From contig CAVSCK010000004.1 of assembly GCA_963726455.1 (NCBI GenBank), forward strand, positions 1,664,001 to 1,728,000: 64,000 nucleotides of DNA. Direction: 5' to 3'. Shown here piece after piece: positions 40,388 through 51,826 of this stretch. The stretch is from an uncultured bacterium. GTDB taxonomy: Bacteria; Zixibacteria; MSB-5A5; CAIYYT01. The notes under the pieces are model-generated. The model did not search any database, had not been told where the DNA came from, and was given only the letters and a program-made list of their open reading frames with translations. The position numbers and the translations under genes were made by a program. Numbering within the stretch: position 1 is the first letter of the stretch; the number at the start of each line of letters is the position of its first letter.

Positions 40388-40882
40388 TTATTTTCCTCCG
40401 CGGTCCTTGCCGCGCCCCTTGTCCTTGCCATTGCCATTATCATGCTTGTTTTGTTTTACCCAGTTCTTATGCTCGGGGTGCTGCGGGTTAACATAATACC
40501 TTGAGTCACGGCTGTCGCGGATCGTCTGCTGATCGTGACGGTCTTTATATGAGGCATATTGGTCCCTGTAGGTTGCGTCCCTTTGATACGGTTTCGGTTC
40601 ATTCACCACCACTTTGTATGAATTGTATAGGTCATATCCCCGATATTGGGCCGGTAGTGATGAGCCGCTCCTCCAGCGCCCTCCTTCAGAATAGAAGAAC
40701 CGATGCTGAGGAACATAGTAGTACACGTCAATGGCAGGCAGGTAGTAGTACTCAACATAATCGTAACCGGTCGGCCCCCAAATCGGCTGACGATCAATGT
40801 TGAAGTTGATACTGACACTTACTTGTGCAAATGCAGTGCTCGATAAAAGTACTGCTGCGATTAATACAAAAATGTAGCGCAT
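40388..40882 (-). CDS. Secreted Tyr-rich hypothetical protein
   Basis: Signal peptide AFA-QVSVSIN, QPIWGP..YYYLP.IDVYY and Gly/Lys-rich tail; RBS GAAGGAGA. Confidence 0.75.
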   Translation of the reverse strand: MRYIFVLIAAVLLSSTAFAQVSVSINFNIDRQPIWGPTGYDYVEYYYLPAIDVYYYVPQHRFFYSEGGRWRSGSSLPAQYRGYDLYNSYKVVVNEPKPYQRDATYRDQYASYKDRHDQQTIRDSRDSRYYVNPQHPEHKNWVKQNKHDNGNGKDKGRGKDRGGK

Positions 40883-41689
40883 GAAGTTTCTCCTTCGATA
40901 GTGCATGCGATTGAAATGGGTCCGGTCCCGATTCTTCGGAAATCCGTCTGGCCTGTTGCCAAGAGTGTCTGTCGCTTGATTGGTTGTTGAGTATTGCCTC
41001 CAAAGCAGGGGGATTAAGTTACCGGCTGCTCCTGCAAAAAGTATTTGCGAACCTTCGCAGCGACTTGATGGTCAGTCATCTTGTCTGCTGTTTCGATCAT
41101 TACAATTCGCTCACCAAGGTTGTCTCTTATAAGACGTTTCTTCTACTGGCATATTGAACGCGTTCTTCATTTACTCAGGAAGCCACGATCGCAACTGTGC
41201 TTGGCTTTCACCTCATAATATTACCGCAAGGTTTCTGCATCAGTCGAGCGAAAGTTCGATCAGACCGGATCTGCACATTCTGCAGACACCAGCAGAATAC
41301 AACTCCTCATCATTAGGGATACGTGGCTCTTCAGCAGTGAGTCAACAACCCGAAGGAGGAAAAAGGAGCTAGTCCATTTGATTGACGTAACTGACGTCGA
41401 CAGGCAGTAGACACAGGGGGGTGCCAAGGGTCGCCAAGACTGGGATTGGACAAGCACTGTTTCTCTAGCGACCATACAGAGAATCGCATCGCAGTTCTAA
41501 AATAATCCACTACTCGCAGATTCAATAATCCGCTCACTTGAAGACACAATTGTTCTTAGCCAGTGTCATCTTCTAGAATTATCTCGATTACCGACTTTTT
41601 CGCAGTGGCTAACGCGGAATAGTCACTCCTGTTCCCTGCCATTCTATCTCTCGGTCTTGCGGATGCAATATCCGGGAGCAATCTAGTTC

Positions 41690-41710
41690 TTGATATTCTT
41701 TTTACGCCCC
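41690..41710 (+). promoter_or_regulatory. KdpE-binding-site-like sequence
   Basis: TTGATATTCTTTTTACGCCCC matches 17 of 21 nt of the E. coli kdpFABC KdpE box as recalled (TTTATACTTTTTTTACACCCC); 125 nt upstream of kdpF. Confidence 0.65.
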
Positions 41711-41835
41711 ACACTGGCCTTCTGACGTTTTTCTGACTCAATTCAGCCGTTAATACTCCATAAACGCAGCAGACATTTGCGCCAGGCATTTGCTCTTATG
41801 ATGGCCTGGCCAGAAAGTCTGATTGGGAGTATCAT

Positions 41836-41922
41836 ATGGCATTCATCATCTCGGGAATCGTAGCTTGCTTGCTCTTGTGCTTTCTGCTATATGCGATGTT
41901 CAATCCTGACAAGTTCAAGTAG
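41836..41922 (+). CDS. kdpF: K+-transporting ATPase subunit F (28 aa), absent from the ORF track
   Basis: MAFIISGIVACLLLCFLLYAMFNPDKFK*; LLYAxxxPxKF signature, RBS GGGAG, immediately before kdpA. Confidence 0.9.
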   Translation: MAFIISGIVACLLLCFLLYAMFNPDKFK

Positions 41923-41930
41923 TGTACTCG

Positions 41931-43623
41931 ATGACGATCAATGACTTCGCGCAGTTGGCGCTGTATATCGCAATATTGGTGCTTCTGGCGCCTCCGCTTG
42001 GCACATACATGGCTCGAATCTTTTCTGGCCGGGGACTTGCCGGTGGCGGGATATGTTACCGCACTGAACATCGACTTTACCGCTTCTGCGGAATCAATCC
42101 TCAAGAGGAGATGAGCTGGCGCGAAATACGTTTCGGCTGTGCTCTGGTTCAATCTCTTCGGATTTCTCGCCGTCTTTCTGCTGCAAGTAGTACAGCGCTA
42201 TCTACCGGCAAATCCGCAGCATCTGAACAATGTGCCCTGGCCATTGGCTTTCAATACGGCTGTGAGTTTCATGACCAACACCAATTGGCAGGCATACGCC
42301 GGTGAAACCACACTCAGCTACCTGACCCAGATGCTGGGTCTGACAGTGCAGAACTTTCTCAGTGCAGCAACTGCAGTGGGCGTGATGCTGGCGTTGATCC
42401 GCGGACTTACGAGAAAGACTTCTTCCACCTTGGGCAACTTCTGGGTTGACCTGACTCGCACGACTGTATACGTACTGCTGCCACTGTCCATAATCCTCGC
42501 GGTGATTTTGGTCGGCCAGGGTGTGGTGCAGACGCTTTCACCGTACGCGAATGTTACGACAATCGAGGGTACGTCTCAGACTATTCCCCTCGGGCCTGCG
42601 GCATCACAAATCGCTATCAAACAACTGGGCACAAATGGTGGCGGATTCTTTAATGCTAACAGCGCGCATCCCTTCGAGAATCCGACGCCACTGTCGAACT
42701 TTCTGGAAATGCTTTCAATCTTGCTACTGCCGGCCGCACTGGTTTACACGTTTGGCTCGCTTACGGGTCGCAAGCGACACGCGCAACTCATCTTCATTGT
42801 GATGCTGCTCCTGTTTCTGGGGGGGCTCAGTGTGTCGATCTTGAGCGAGAACAGAGCCAATCCGGTAGTCGAGTCTGCTGCTTCCTTGGAAGGCAAGGAA
42901 TTGCGGTTTGGCACAGTGAACAGCGTGCTCTGGGAAGTTGCCACTACTTCTGCCTCCAACGGATCGGTCAATGCCATGCATGAGAGTCTCACTCCCCTGG
43001 CCGGAGGTGTGGCACTGTTCAACATAATGCTCGGCGAAATCATTTTCGGTGGTGTTGGCTGCGGCCTTTATGGAATGCTCCTGTTCGTGCTACTAACGGT
43101 ATTCCTCGCCGGCTTAATGGTCGGACGCACTCCAGAATACTTCGGCAAGAAGATCGAGGCCAAAGAGATTCGCTGGGTGATCGTCGCCATCATCGCTCCA
43201 AGCGCCGTGATCCTGATTGGCGCCGGATTCAGCGTTGTCGCGCCGACCGCCCTGGCCGGCTTGTCGTCGAAAGGGCCGCACGGCTTGAGCGAAATACTTT
43301 ATGCTTTTTCTTCGGCAGCAGGAAACAACGGCAGTGCCTTTGCCGGGTTAAACGCTAACACGACATACTATAACCTACTACTCGGACTATCCATGCTGAT
43401 CGGACGCTTTGCGGTCTTGATTCCGACACTCGCGATTGCCGGTTCTCTGGCAGAGAAGAAAATTGCTCCGGTTTCGGCCGGAACGTTTTCCACCGATTCG
43501 ACGGTCTTCGCAGTGCTGTTGATCGGCGTGATCATGATAGTCGGAGCACTGACCTTCTTCCCGGCGCTGAGTCTGGGACCAATTGTTGAACATTTCCTGA
43601 TGCAAAGCGGCACAGCTTTTTGA
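41931..43623 (+). CDS. kdpA: K+-transporting ATPase subunit A; apparent +1 insertion near 42126
   Basis: FNTAVSFMTNTNWQAY, KQLGTNGGGFF.ANSAHPFENP, SNGSVNAMH and NNGSAFAG; the N-terminus is in the 41922-42305 frame. Confidence 0.95.
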
Positions 43624-43632
43624 GGAGTCAAT

Positions 43633-45729
43633 GTGACTGATACTAGGACAAGCATATTGGACTGGTCTCTCATCGGCGAAGCGATTCCGGCCGCGCTTGG
43701 AAAACTGCATCCAGTGGCCGAGATGCGAAATCCCGTCATGTTCGTCTGCTGGGTCGGGGCACTGATGACCAGCATAATCTTCCTTATTGGAATCATGAAA
43801 GGCGCGTTCTCCGGATTCGAATTCCAGATCAGTCTCTGGCTCTGGTTCACCGTACTGTTCGCTAATTTTGCCGAGGCGTTGGCTGAAGGACGAGGCAAGG
43901 CCCAGGCCGAAAGTTTGAAGAAGACTCGGACGCAGGTAATGGCGCGGTTGCTCGTCGGCGGCAAAGAGAACTCGGTTCCGGCGACCACTCTGAAGAAAGG
44001 CGACGTCGTCGTATGCGAAGCCAATGACACAATACCTTCTGACGGCGAAGTCATCGAGGGAATCGCCAGTGTTGACGAGTCGGCCATCACCGGAGAATCG
44101 GCGCCGGTGATTCGCGAAAGCGGGGGCGACCGTAGCGCCGTGACCGGCGGTACGCGTGTTATCAGCGATCGAATCAAAGTGCGAATCACGTCCGAAGCGG
44201 GAGACACCTTCATCGATCGAATGATTGCTCTGATCGAAGGCGCCAAAAGGCAGAAAACGCCAAATGAAATCGCGTTGGGAATCGTGCTTGCCGGGCTGAC
44301 GATCATCTTTCTTCTGGCCGTTGCAACGCTAAAGTTCTTCGCCGATTACAGTGGTAACGCGTCCCATCAGGACTTGTCGAACATTGTGACCGTCACGGTG
44401 CTGATTTCACTACTAGTCTGCCTGATTCCCACGACAATCGGCGGATTGCTGAGTGCGATCGGCATCGCCGGAATTGATCGCCTGGTGAGGCAGAATGTAA
44501 TAGCCAAGAGCGGACGTTCGGTCGAAGCCGCCGGAGATATTGACGTGCTGCTGCTCGACAAGACGGGGACCATCACCTTCGGCAACCGGATGGCGACCGA
44601 ATTCATACCGGCACCGATGTTGACAACGCAACATCTCGCCGAGGCGGCCCAGCTTGCGTCACTAGCCGACGAGACTCCCGAGGGAAGGTCGATCGTCGTA
44701 CTCGCCAAAGAAAAATTCGGTTTACGTGCCGTAAATTTGACTCCGCGTGAGGCCACTTTCGTGGCCTTCTCCGCTCAAACTCGGATGAGCGGCGTCGACC
44801 TGCGCGATGCCGACAGTGATGGACCACTAGCGATTCGCAAAGGCGCCGTTGATGCGATCAAATCCTTTGTCGAGGAGCGTGGTGGAACCTTCCCGCCCGA
44901 ACTGGCAATCCAGGTTGATGAGATAGCGAAACAGGGAGGCACTCCTTTGGCGGTGGCGGATAGCACTCAGGTTCTGGGTCTGGTACACCTCAAAGATATA
45001 GTCAAGGGCGGAATCAAGGAGCGGTTTGCGCAGTTGCGGCGCATGGGCATCAAGACCGTCATGATCACTGGCGACAATCCCCTCACAGCTGCAGCCATTG
45101 CAGCCGAGGCGGGCGTTGACGATTTCCTCGCCCAGGCCACTCCGGAGGCGAAACTCGAGCGAATCCGCTCCGAACAGGCAAACGGGCATCTGGTGGCGAT
45201 GACCGGTGACGGCACAAATGATGCACCCGCCCTGGCGCAAGCCGATGTCGGCGTGGCCATGAATACCGGCACTCAAGCCGCACGTGAGGCAGGCAACATG
45301 GTTGATCTTGACAGCAATCCGACCAAACTGATCAGCATCGTCGAAGTCGGAAAACAACTGTTGATGACACGTGGGGCATTAACCACCTTCAGTATCGCCA
45401 ATGATGTCGCGAAGTATTTCGCCATCATTCCGGCAATGTTCAGCACGCTTTATGCGTTGGGTGGTGTAGGACGCGGACCGCTGGCGGCCTTGAACGTTAT
45501 GCACCTTCACTCCCCCTACAGTGCAATCCTCAGCGCCGTCATCTTCAATGCCCTGATCATTGTCGCTCTGATCCCGCTTGCGCTTCGTGGGGTCAAATAT
45601 CGAGCCGAAGGCGCAGGTATGGTTCTGAGACGAAACATCTTGATTTACGGCATCGGCGGGTTGATAGCGCCGTTTGTGGGAATAAAGATCATCGATATTC
45701 TGGTCACGGCTCTCGGGCTGGCCGCGTAG
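43633..45729 (+). CDS. kdpB: K+-transporting ATPase subunit B (P-type ATPase)
   Basis: [20 protein letters not shown] phosphorylation motif, TGDN and GDGTND. Confidence 0.98.
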   Translation: MTDTRTSILDWSLIGEAIPAALGKLHPVAEMRNPVMFVCWVGALMTSIIFLIGIMKGAFSGFEFQISLWLWFTVLFANFAEALAEGRGKAQAESLKKTRTQVMARLLVGGKENSVPATTLKKGDVVVCEANDTIPSDGEVIEGIASVDESAITGESAPVIRESGGDRSAVTGGTRVISDRIKVRITSEAGDTFIDRMIALIEGAKRQKTPNEIALGIVLAGLTIIFLLAVATLKFFADYSGNASHQDLSNIVTVTVLISLLVCLIPTTIGGLLSAIGIAGIDRLVRQNVIAKSGRSVEAAGDIDVLLLDKTGTITFGNRMATEFIPAPMLTTQHLAEAAQLASLADETPEGRSIVVLAKEKFGLRAVNLTPREATFVAFSAQTRMSGVDLRDADSDGPLAIRKGAVDAIKSFVEERGGTFPPELAIQVDEIAKQGGTPLAVADSTQVLGLVHLKDIVKGGIKERFAQLRRMGIKTVMITGDNPLTAAAIAAEAGVDDFLAQATPEAKLERIRSEQANGHLVAMTGDGTNDAPALAQADVGVAMNTGTQAAREAGNMVDLDSNPTKLISIVEVGKQLLMTRGALTTFSIANDVAKYFAIIPAMFSTLYALGGVGRGPLAALNVMHLHSPYSAILSAVIFNALIIVALIPLALRGVKYRAEGAGMVLRRNILIYGIGGLIAPFVGIKIIDILVTALGLAA

Positions 45730-45740
45730 GAGATATGGAC

Positions 45741-46331
45741 ATGAAGACGGCATTCACGGCTCTCAAGCTCTTGCTGGTATATGACAGCAATCACCGGCAT
45801 AATGTACCCGCTGCTTATCACCGGCATTGCACAGGTCGCATATCCTCACCGAGCCGGCGGAAGTCTGGTGGTCGTCAATGGGAAGACGGTCGGCTCACAA
45901 TTGCTCGGACAGAAGTTTGCGGATACAAGGTACTTCTGGCCGCGACCATCTGCGATCGACTACAATCCATTACCATCAGGCGGAAGCAATCTTGGCCCTA
46001 CAAGCGCCGATTTGAAGCAATTGGTGTCGCAACGTCGTTCGCAGCTTTCCCAGGCCAATGGAGTGCCTTCAGATACTATCCTCCCGCCGGATTTGCTGTT
46101 CGCATCCGGAAGCGGACTGGACCCGGATATATCTCCCGAGGCCGCCCGTCTTCAGATCGATCGGGTGGTTTGCGTCAGAGGACTTGACGGCGATAAAGAA
46201 ATAGCACTTATTCGACTTGGTTGATTTATACACTGAACCGAGAACCTTGGGGATATATGGGCGAGCCCAGAGTGAATGTGTTGATGCTTAACATTGCTCT
46301 CGACTCACTGACCACTGAGCCATCGCGATGA
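45741..46331 (+). CDS. kdpC: K+-transporting ATPase subunit C; apparent +1 insertions near 45780, 46218 and 46248
   Basis: YPLLITGIAQ, YFWPRPSA, SGGSNLGPT and ASGSGLDPDIS; GEPRVNVLMLNIALD tail in a shifted frame. Confidence 0.92.
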
Positions 46332-49013
46332 CCGATTATCAGAGACCTGATCCCGATGCCCTTCTCAGGGCAATTCACAAAGAAGAAGCTGGTAACCGCG
46401 GCGGTCGCTTGCGCGTCTTCTTCGGTATGTCGGCCGGTGTCGGCAAGACTTATGCGATGCTTAAGGCGGCGCAACAACGACTTCGCGAAGGTGTCGAGGT
46501 CGTAATCGGTATTGTGGAGACTCACGGTCGAGTCCGAGACCGAGGAATTGCTGGTGAATCTCCCCGTCATTCCGCGCATGAAAATCCGATATCGCGACAG
46601 CGAGTTTGAGGAGATGGATCTCGACGCCATCCTGGCTCGACGACCGCAAGTCGCACTCGTCGATGAACTCGCTCACACGAATGTTTCCGGGTCGCGTCAT
46701 GCGAAACGCTGGCAGGATGTTGCCGAACTGCTCGATGCTGGTATCGATGTGTATACAACACTTAATGTTCAGCATATCGAAAGCCGCAAGGAAGCGGTCG
46801 AGAGTGTTACCGGCGGTGTGGTGAGAGAGACTGTCCCCGATTCGATTCTGGAGCGAGCCGACAGCTTTGAATTGATTGATCTGACTCCTGAGGAACTGCT
46901 CAAACGGCTGAGTGAGGGCAAAGTATATCTCGGAGACAAGGCCGAACGCGCTGCACAGAACTTCTTCAAAGAAGATCGCCTGACCGCGCTGCGGGAAATC
47001 GCTCTCAGAATCACTGCAGAACAGGTAGATAACGAACTGCAGCAATTAATGGCGACGAAGCCGACCGCCGGCGCCTGGAAACCGGGAGAGCGCCTGATGG
47101 TCGCAGTAAGCCACAGCCCCCACTCGGAAGGACTAATTCGCGCGACGCGTCGTCTTGCCTTCAGTCTCGAAGCTTCCTGGATAGCTGTCAACGTGGATAC
47201 CGGTGCCAGTCTGAATGAAGAAGACAGGATGACGCTTTCCCGCAATCTCGCCCTTGTCCGCGAACTCGGCGGCGAAGTGGTTTCGACAGCCGATCCTGAT
47301 GTCGTCGCAGCGCTCCAGCGAATCGCCGATCAGCGACAAGTGACCCAGATGATCATTGGCCGGCCGTCGCGTCGCTGGCTGAAGGATGTCTTCCTTGGCG
47401 GAACTCTATTGGATCGTCTGGTACGAAAAAGCGAAGGGTTCGACATCCACGTCTTGCGACCTGAAAAGCCGTCGCAACGAAGCCGCTGGAAATGGAGGTC
47501 AAAACCTTCATTCACCTCACTCTACGAGTACTGGTGGGCGGTTGCCGCAGTGGCGCTGACAGCCGTCATCAGCAGCGCCATTTACCCGTACGTAAGTTAT
47601 CGCGCCATTGGATTCCTGTTCTTGCTGACGGTTCTGCTGTTAAGTCTGTCCTTTGCTCTCGGCCCGATCCTCCTCGCCGCATTCTTGAGTGCTCTGGTAT
47701 GGGACTTCTTCTTCATACCTCCGAGTGGCACATTCACAATTGCCCAACCCGAGGACATAATCATGTGCGTTGCCTATTTGGCGGCCGCCTTGATTACCGG
47801 AACGTTGACACATCGCATTCGCCTGCGTGAGAGAATGTTGCGATTGCGGGAAGAACGAACTGAGACACTATATGGCATTGTCCGAAACATAGTGGGTGCG
47901 AGTGACAAATTAGCCCTGGCACACACTGTGTGCGAAAAGCTTGGAGCAACCCTTAACGGCAGTTGTGTCATTCTTCTGACCGACCCGAGTAATCAGGCTC
48001 AACTGACGCCAGTTGGTAATACCGAATGGAACTTCACCGAAAAGGAGCAGGCCGTCGCTAAATGGGTATTCACAAACCGAAAGTTGGCCGGTTGGTCCAC
48101 CGACACGCTCCCCGACGCCGGGGCATTATTTCTGCCGCTGCAAGGGCCTGCGGAGATGATCGGAGTCCTTGCTTATCGCCCTAATACAAATAACCGACTA
48201 CTGCGCGAAGAGGAGGATCTGCTCTCAGCGGTCTGCCGGCAAGCGGCTATCGCAATCGAACGCGAACTGTTTCGCGAGCGTTCGCGCCTGGCAGAGCGGT
48301 TACAAGAATCCGAGCGACTGCATCAGACTATTCTGGACTCGGTGTCGCATGAGATTCGCACACCGCTAACGGCAATTATCGGAATGGCCTCCGCGCTCGG
48401 GGACGAATACGTGACGGCCAATCCGCTTGTTCGCGACGAAATGTCGCACGAACTTGTCAAAACAGCGGAACGTCTCGACCGGGTGGTGAACAACCTCCTC
48501 GACATGTCGCGTCTGTCATCTGGAGCACTGACTTTGAATCGCGACTGGTACGAAGCTCAGGACTTGATTGCTCTCACCTTGGCCCAGGTGGGCGACTCGC
48601 TGGGCAATCACAAGCTGGACGTATCCGTGCTGGATGGTCTTCCTCTCTTGAGGATCGATGTCCAGTTGTTCGTGCAGGTGCTAGCCAACGTGATCCTGAA
48701 TGCCGCCTGCTATTCGCGGTCAGGATCAGCAATCATGCTTACGGCGAATTTGCGAGGTTCAGAGTTCGTGCTGAGCGTTAGCGACCAGGGAGAGGGCGTG
48801 CCGGACGGCTTATTGCCACGTATATTCGACAAGTTCTATCGTATGCCCGGCTCGAAAGCCGGTGGCACGGGCCTTGGTCTAGCCGTTGCCAAGAGCATTG
48901 TGGAAGCGCATGGTGGTAGAATAGAAGCGCACAATCGCCTTGAAGGAGGTCTGGTAGTTGAAATCAGACTGCCCGTGGAAACGCAGCCCGAGCTTCCGCA
49001 GGAGCCGTCGTGA
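46328..49013 (+). CDS. kdpD: Sensor histidine kinase KdpD; apparent +1 insertion near 46533
   Basis: RPDPDALL, GVGKTYAML, VDELAHTN, USP domain, 4 TM helices, GAF, SHEIRTPL H-box and GTGLGL. Confidence 0.95.
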
Positions 49014-49702
49014 GTAACGGCGCCAAGATACTGATTGTCGATGATGAGCTGGCGATTCGGCGATTCCTGCAGATTGCTTTGAAGGCACAGGGATACGAAG
49101 TGTCGGAAGCGTCCTCCGGTATTGAAGGGCTGCAAATGGTGACTGCCGTACATCCTGAATTGATGATCCTTGACTTGGGACTAAATGACATGGATGGACT
49201 AACCGTGCTGAAGCGTCTGCGGGAATGGTCAGGAATTCCCGTAATCATTCTCACAGTTCGTGGCGCCGATGCGGACAAAGTCGCATTACTCGATGCCGGG
49301 GCGAATGACTATCTGACCAAGCCCTTCAGTGTGCCGGAACTTCAGGCGAGAATTCGCGCCGCTCTGAGACTGACAAAGTCTGCGAGTGAAGAACCGGTCT
49401 TTCGTGCCGGGTCAATCGAGGTCGATTTTGCTTCACACGTTGTGAGGAAGGACGGCACAGAGGTCCGGCTTACCGCGACAGAGTACGAACTTCTCAAGTT
49501 GTTAGTGAGAGATGCGGGCAAATTGCTCACACAGAGACAACTGCTGAAGCAGATCTGGGGCATCAATGCCATCGAACATACTCACTATTTGAGAGTATAC
49601 ATTGGACAGTTGAGAAAGAAGCTCGAATCCGATCCCTCTCGCCCGCGCTACATCATTACCGAACCGGGCATGGGGTACAGATTCAAAACACCCGGCGAGT
49701 GA
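49010..49702 (+). CDS. kdpE: Response regulator KdpE
   Basis: OmpR-type REC-wHTH with HYLRVYIGQLRKKLESDPSRPRYIITEPGMGYRF. Confidence 0.95.
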   Translation: MSNGAKILIVDDELAIRRFLQIALKAQGYEVSEASSGIEGLQMVTAVHPELMILDLGLNDMDGLTVLKRLREWSGIPVIILTVRGADADKVALLDAGANDYLTKPFSVPELQARIRAALRLTKSASEEPVFRAGSIEVDFASHVVRKDGTEVRLTATEYELLKLLVRDAGKLLTQRQLLKQIWGINAIEHTHYLRVYIGQLRKKLESDPSRPRYIITEPGMGYRFKTPGE

Positions 49703-49781
49703 CCGTAAAGCCCCAGCCACTTGAACCCACTCAATGCAGTTCGGTACTTCTGTCCTCATCACTAAGATATTTCGGAGTTAA

Positions 49782-50949
49782 CTACATGATGAATGATAAC
49801 TGCAGACCGAGACGATAGCCATTGAAGGACCCAACATCCGCAAACGCCGAATCGGCACTCGAATTGCTCTTTCGATAGGAGTAGGAAATCCCGGGTTGCC
49901 AGTGTCGGTACGCACGCCAGGACAGTTCGATATCGTAATCATACTCCTTGTCGACTCGATGGAAGTGACTCAAATCCGCGAATTTGATCGAAGTGAACTT
50001 CTGGTGCGCATAAGAGATTGCCGAACTCAGCACTACTTGTTCGCGACGTCCTATTCCCCAGCGCATACCGAAGGTGAGGTCAGTTTCGTGATAGCCAATG
50101 TCATTAACAGCGTTGGAGGTGGAGTCTTTGCCGGCCGCCTTGGTAGCTCCGGCGCCGACTTCACCATAGGCATCGAACTGTCGGGTCAGATGCGCGGTCA
50201 ATCGCCCGGAGGTATTGAGATTTGTGTTATCGCGCTCATCAAACGGGAAAGACATAATCAAAGCGGCGCCCCTCCAGATTGATGCGCGCGTCGAACAATG
50301 CGGAAATTCGGGCACCAACCTCAATTCCGAAGGTCTGTCTCGAATAATCGGCGGCCGCATAACGGACTCCCGAAGGCCGCTGCGCCATTCGTCTCCAATA
50401 CAGAGACCGCAGATTGTATTTGGGCAAGTATCGCGAAGATAGTTCGAGGTAACTGTGTCTCTTGCTCAGCCGTAGTTCGAGGCCAAATTGATTGTAGCTG
50501 CGGTAGCGATTTCGATCATATACGCGTGCATCGTATCGCAATCTTACGCGACAGACCAGAGACCGTCGCGTCCCGACCTGTAGATCGACGCGGGTACCGA
50601 TATCCGAGACGCGGTCCGACAGACTCCTGATAGGAAAGCGCGGACTGGAACCGTTCGCAGTGTCATACATGAACTTTGCGGCATCGGAGTAATCGAAAAT
50701 GTTGTTATCGTAGAATTCACTGAACGAAAGATTCGCGTCCAGTCTCAACCCCGACTTGCGATGAGTCACCCGGCCGAGTTTATGTCCCGCAGAGTCGGCC
50801 ACAGACACGACATGATTCGCCGACGAATCGGGATCCGACGCGACACTTGATGCCTGCATTTTCTCCCCATCTGCAGAGCGGGCAGACCCGGACAGAGCTA
50901 TCACCAATCCGGCCAAGAGTGCGGCACTAATTCGGAGTATGACGAACAT
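49782..50949 (-). CDS. Putative outer-membrane beta-barrel protein, last gene of the pgs operon; apparent +1 insertion near 50245
   Basis: Signal peptide, FYDNNIF, alternating strands and terminal GLQLSF; ORFs 50239-50949 and 49782-50360 join at ...DYVF/PFDERD. Confidence 0.65.
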
Positions 50950-51826
50950 CCTCCTGAGGAACGGTAAAGCGAAGAGCGACAGCTGGGGCGGCAGTCTCGC
51001 TTAACAGAAATCGAACGGCGTGCTTACCTGCCGGGATGTCAACATAAATGGTGCGGCTCTCGCCGACACTCCACTCCTTGTGGTTTGTGAAATCGGCGGT
51101 AACCGACTTCTCAGTTGACAACGGCTCGCGACGGAGCTCTTTCCCATCCAGAAATATGATCAGAGAATATTTCTGCGGCCCCTTCATTACTCCGGAGTAA
51201 GCAAGGCGGCTGACCGCTCGCAGACTTGTCTTGCCGATCACATTAACCTCAACCGCTTTGGCACTGTCTGACAGGAAGAAATCCAGCAGTCTTTCCTTGA
51301 ATGCGACGGTAGTGGTGCCGGCCATGGTTGTGGGATAGACGTCTGAATCAGATTTGTGCGATGCTTTTTCAGGATAAAATAGATAGCGGACTGCGCCGAC
51401 CGGTATCCGGCTATCACGCAGATTAATTGTCAAACGATGATCCCCGTCGGGAATTTCCAGCGAGAATTTGTGAGCGTCGCCTGCCAATGCGGCCGAGTTC
51501 TGCCAGTGCAATGCGGATCGTGAGCTATTTACAGAAAACGTCCCCTTGATCGCGGCATCGCTGCCGATAGTTAGCGAAAATGCGGAAGAAGTGTCGGGTG
51601 ACGACTCGAACACGAGTCTGGCAATCATGTCTAGGCGGCCGGGTCCCTCAATATCCAGATATATTGTGCTGTCGCGCACGATGCGATGATACAGACTGAT
51701 CTTGCCGCCCAGATCAAGATTCAGCGGCTGCGCGTTCTCCGGCGCTACCTGATCGGCGTGTAAGGCGGCCCCGGCGAAAGTAAGCAAAAGGAGACCAAAG
51801 ACGACGAGTGCCACACGCATACTCAT
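50927..51826 (-). CDS. Exported hypothetical protein with two similar beta-sandwich halves
   Basis: Signal peptide ALHA-D; repeated IEGP/VIGK..(L/V)(E/D)IPxGxH motif; ATGA overlap with pgsW. Confidence 0.7.
   Translation of the reverse strand: MSMRVALVVFGLLLLTFAGAALHADQVAPENAQPLNLDLGGKISLYHRIVRDSTIYLDIEGPGRLDMIARLVFESSPDTSSAFSLTIGSDAAIKGTFSVNSSRSALHWQNSAALAGDAHKFSLEIPDGDHRLTINLRDSRIPVGAVRYLFYPEKASHKSDSDVYPTTMAGTTTVAFKERLLDFFLSDSAKAVEVNVIGKTSLRAVSRLAYSGVMKGPQKYSLIIFLDGKELRREPLSTEKSVTADFTNHKEWSVGESRTIYVDIPAGKHAVRFLLSETAAPAVALRFTVPQEDVRHTPN

Noticed and set aside
17454-41600. Prophage or integrative element at tRNA-Gln
   Set aside because: No integrase, phage or conjugation genes, and no duplicated tRNA 3' end found by eye; kept only as a possible island.
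40900-41830. c-di-AMP (ydaO) riboswitch or other ncRNA upstream of kdp
   Set aside because: The conserved GCTGAATCC / GGGGGAACC / CCCGTCAGCTAAC elements were not found, and the short ORFs here lack coding features.
41931-49013. kdp operon as true pseudogenes or programmed frameshifting
   Set aside because: All catalytic motifs are intact, there are no nonsense codons, slippery heptamers or shared context, and the same +1 pattern occurs throughout the window.
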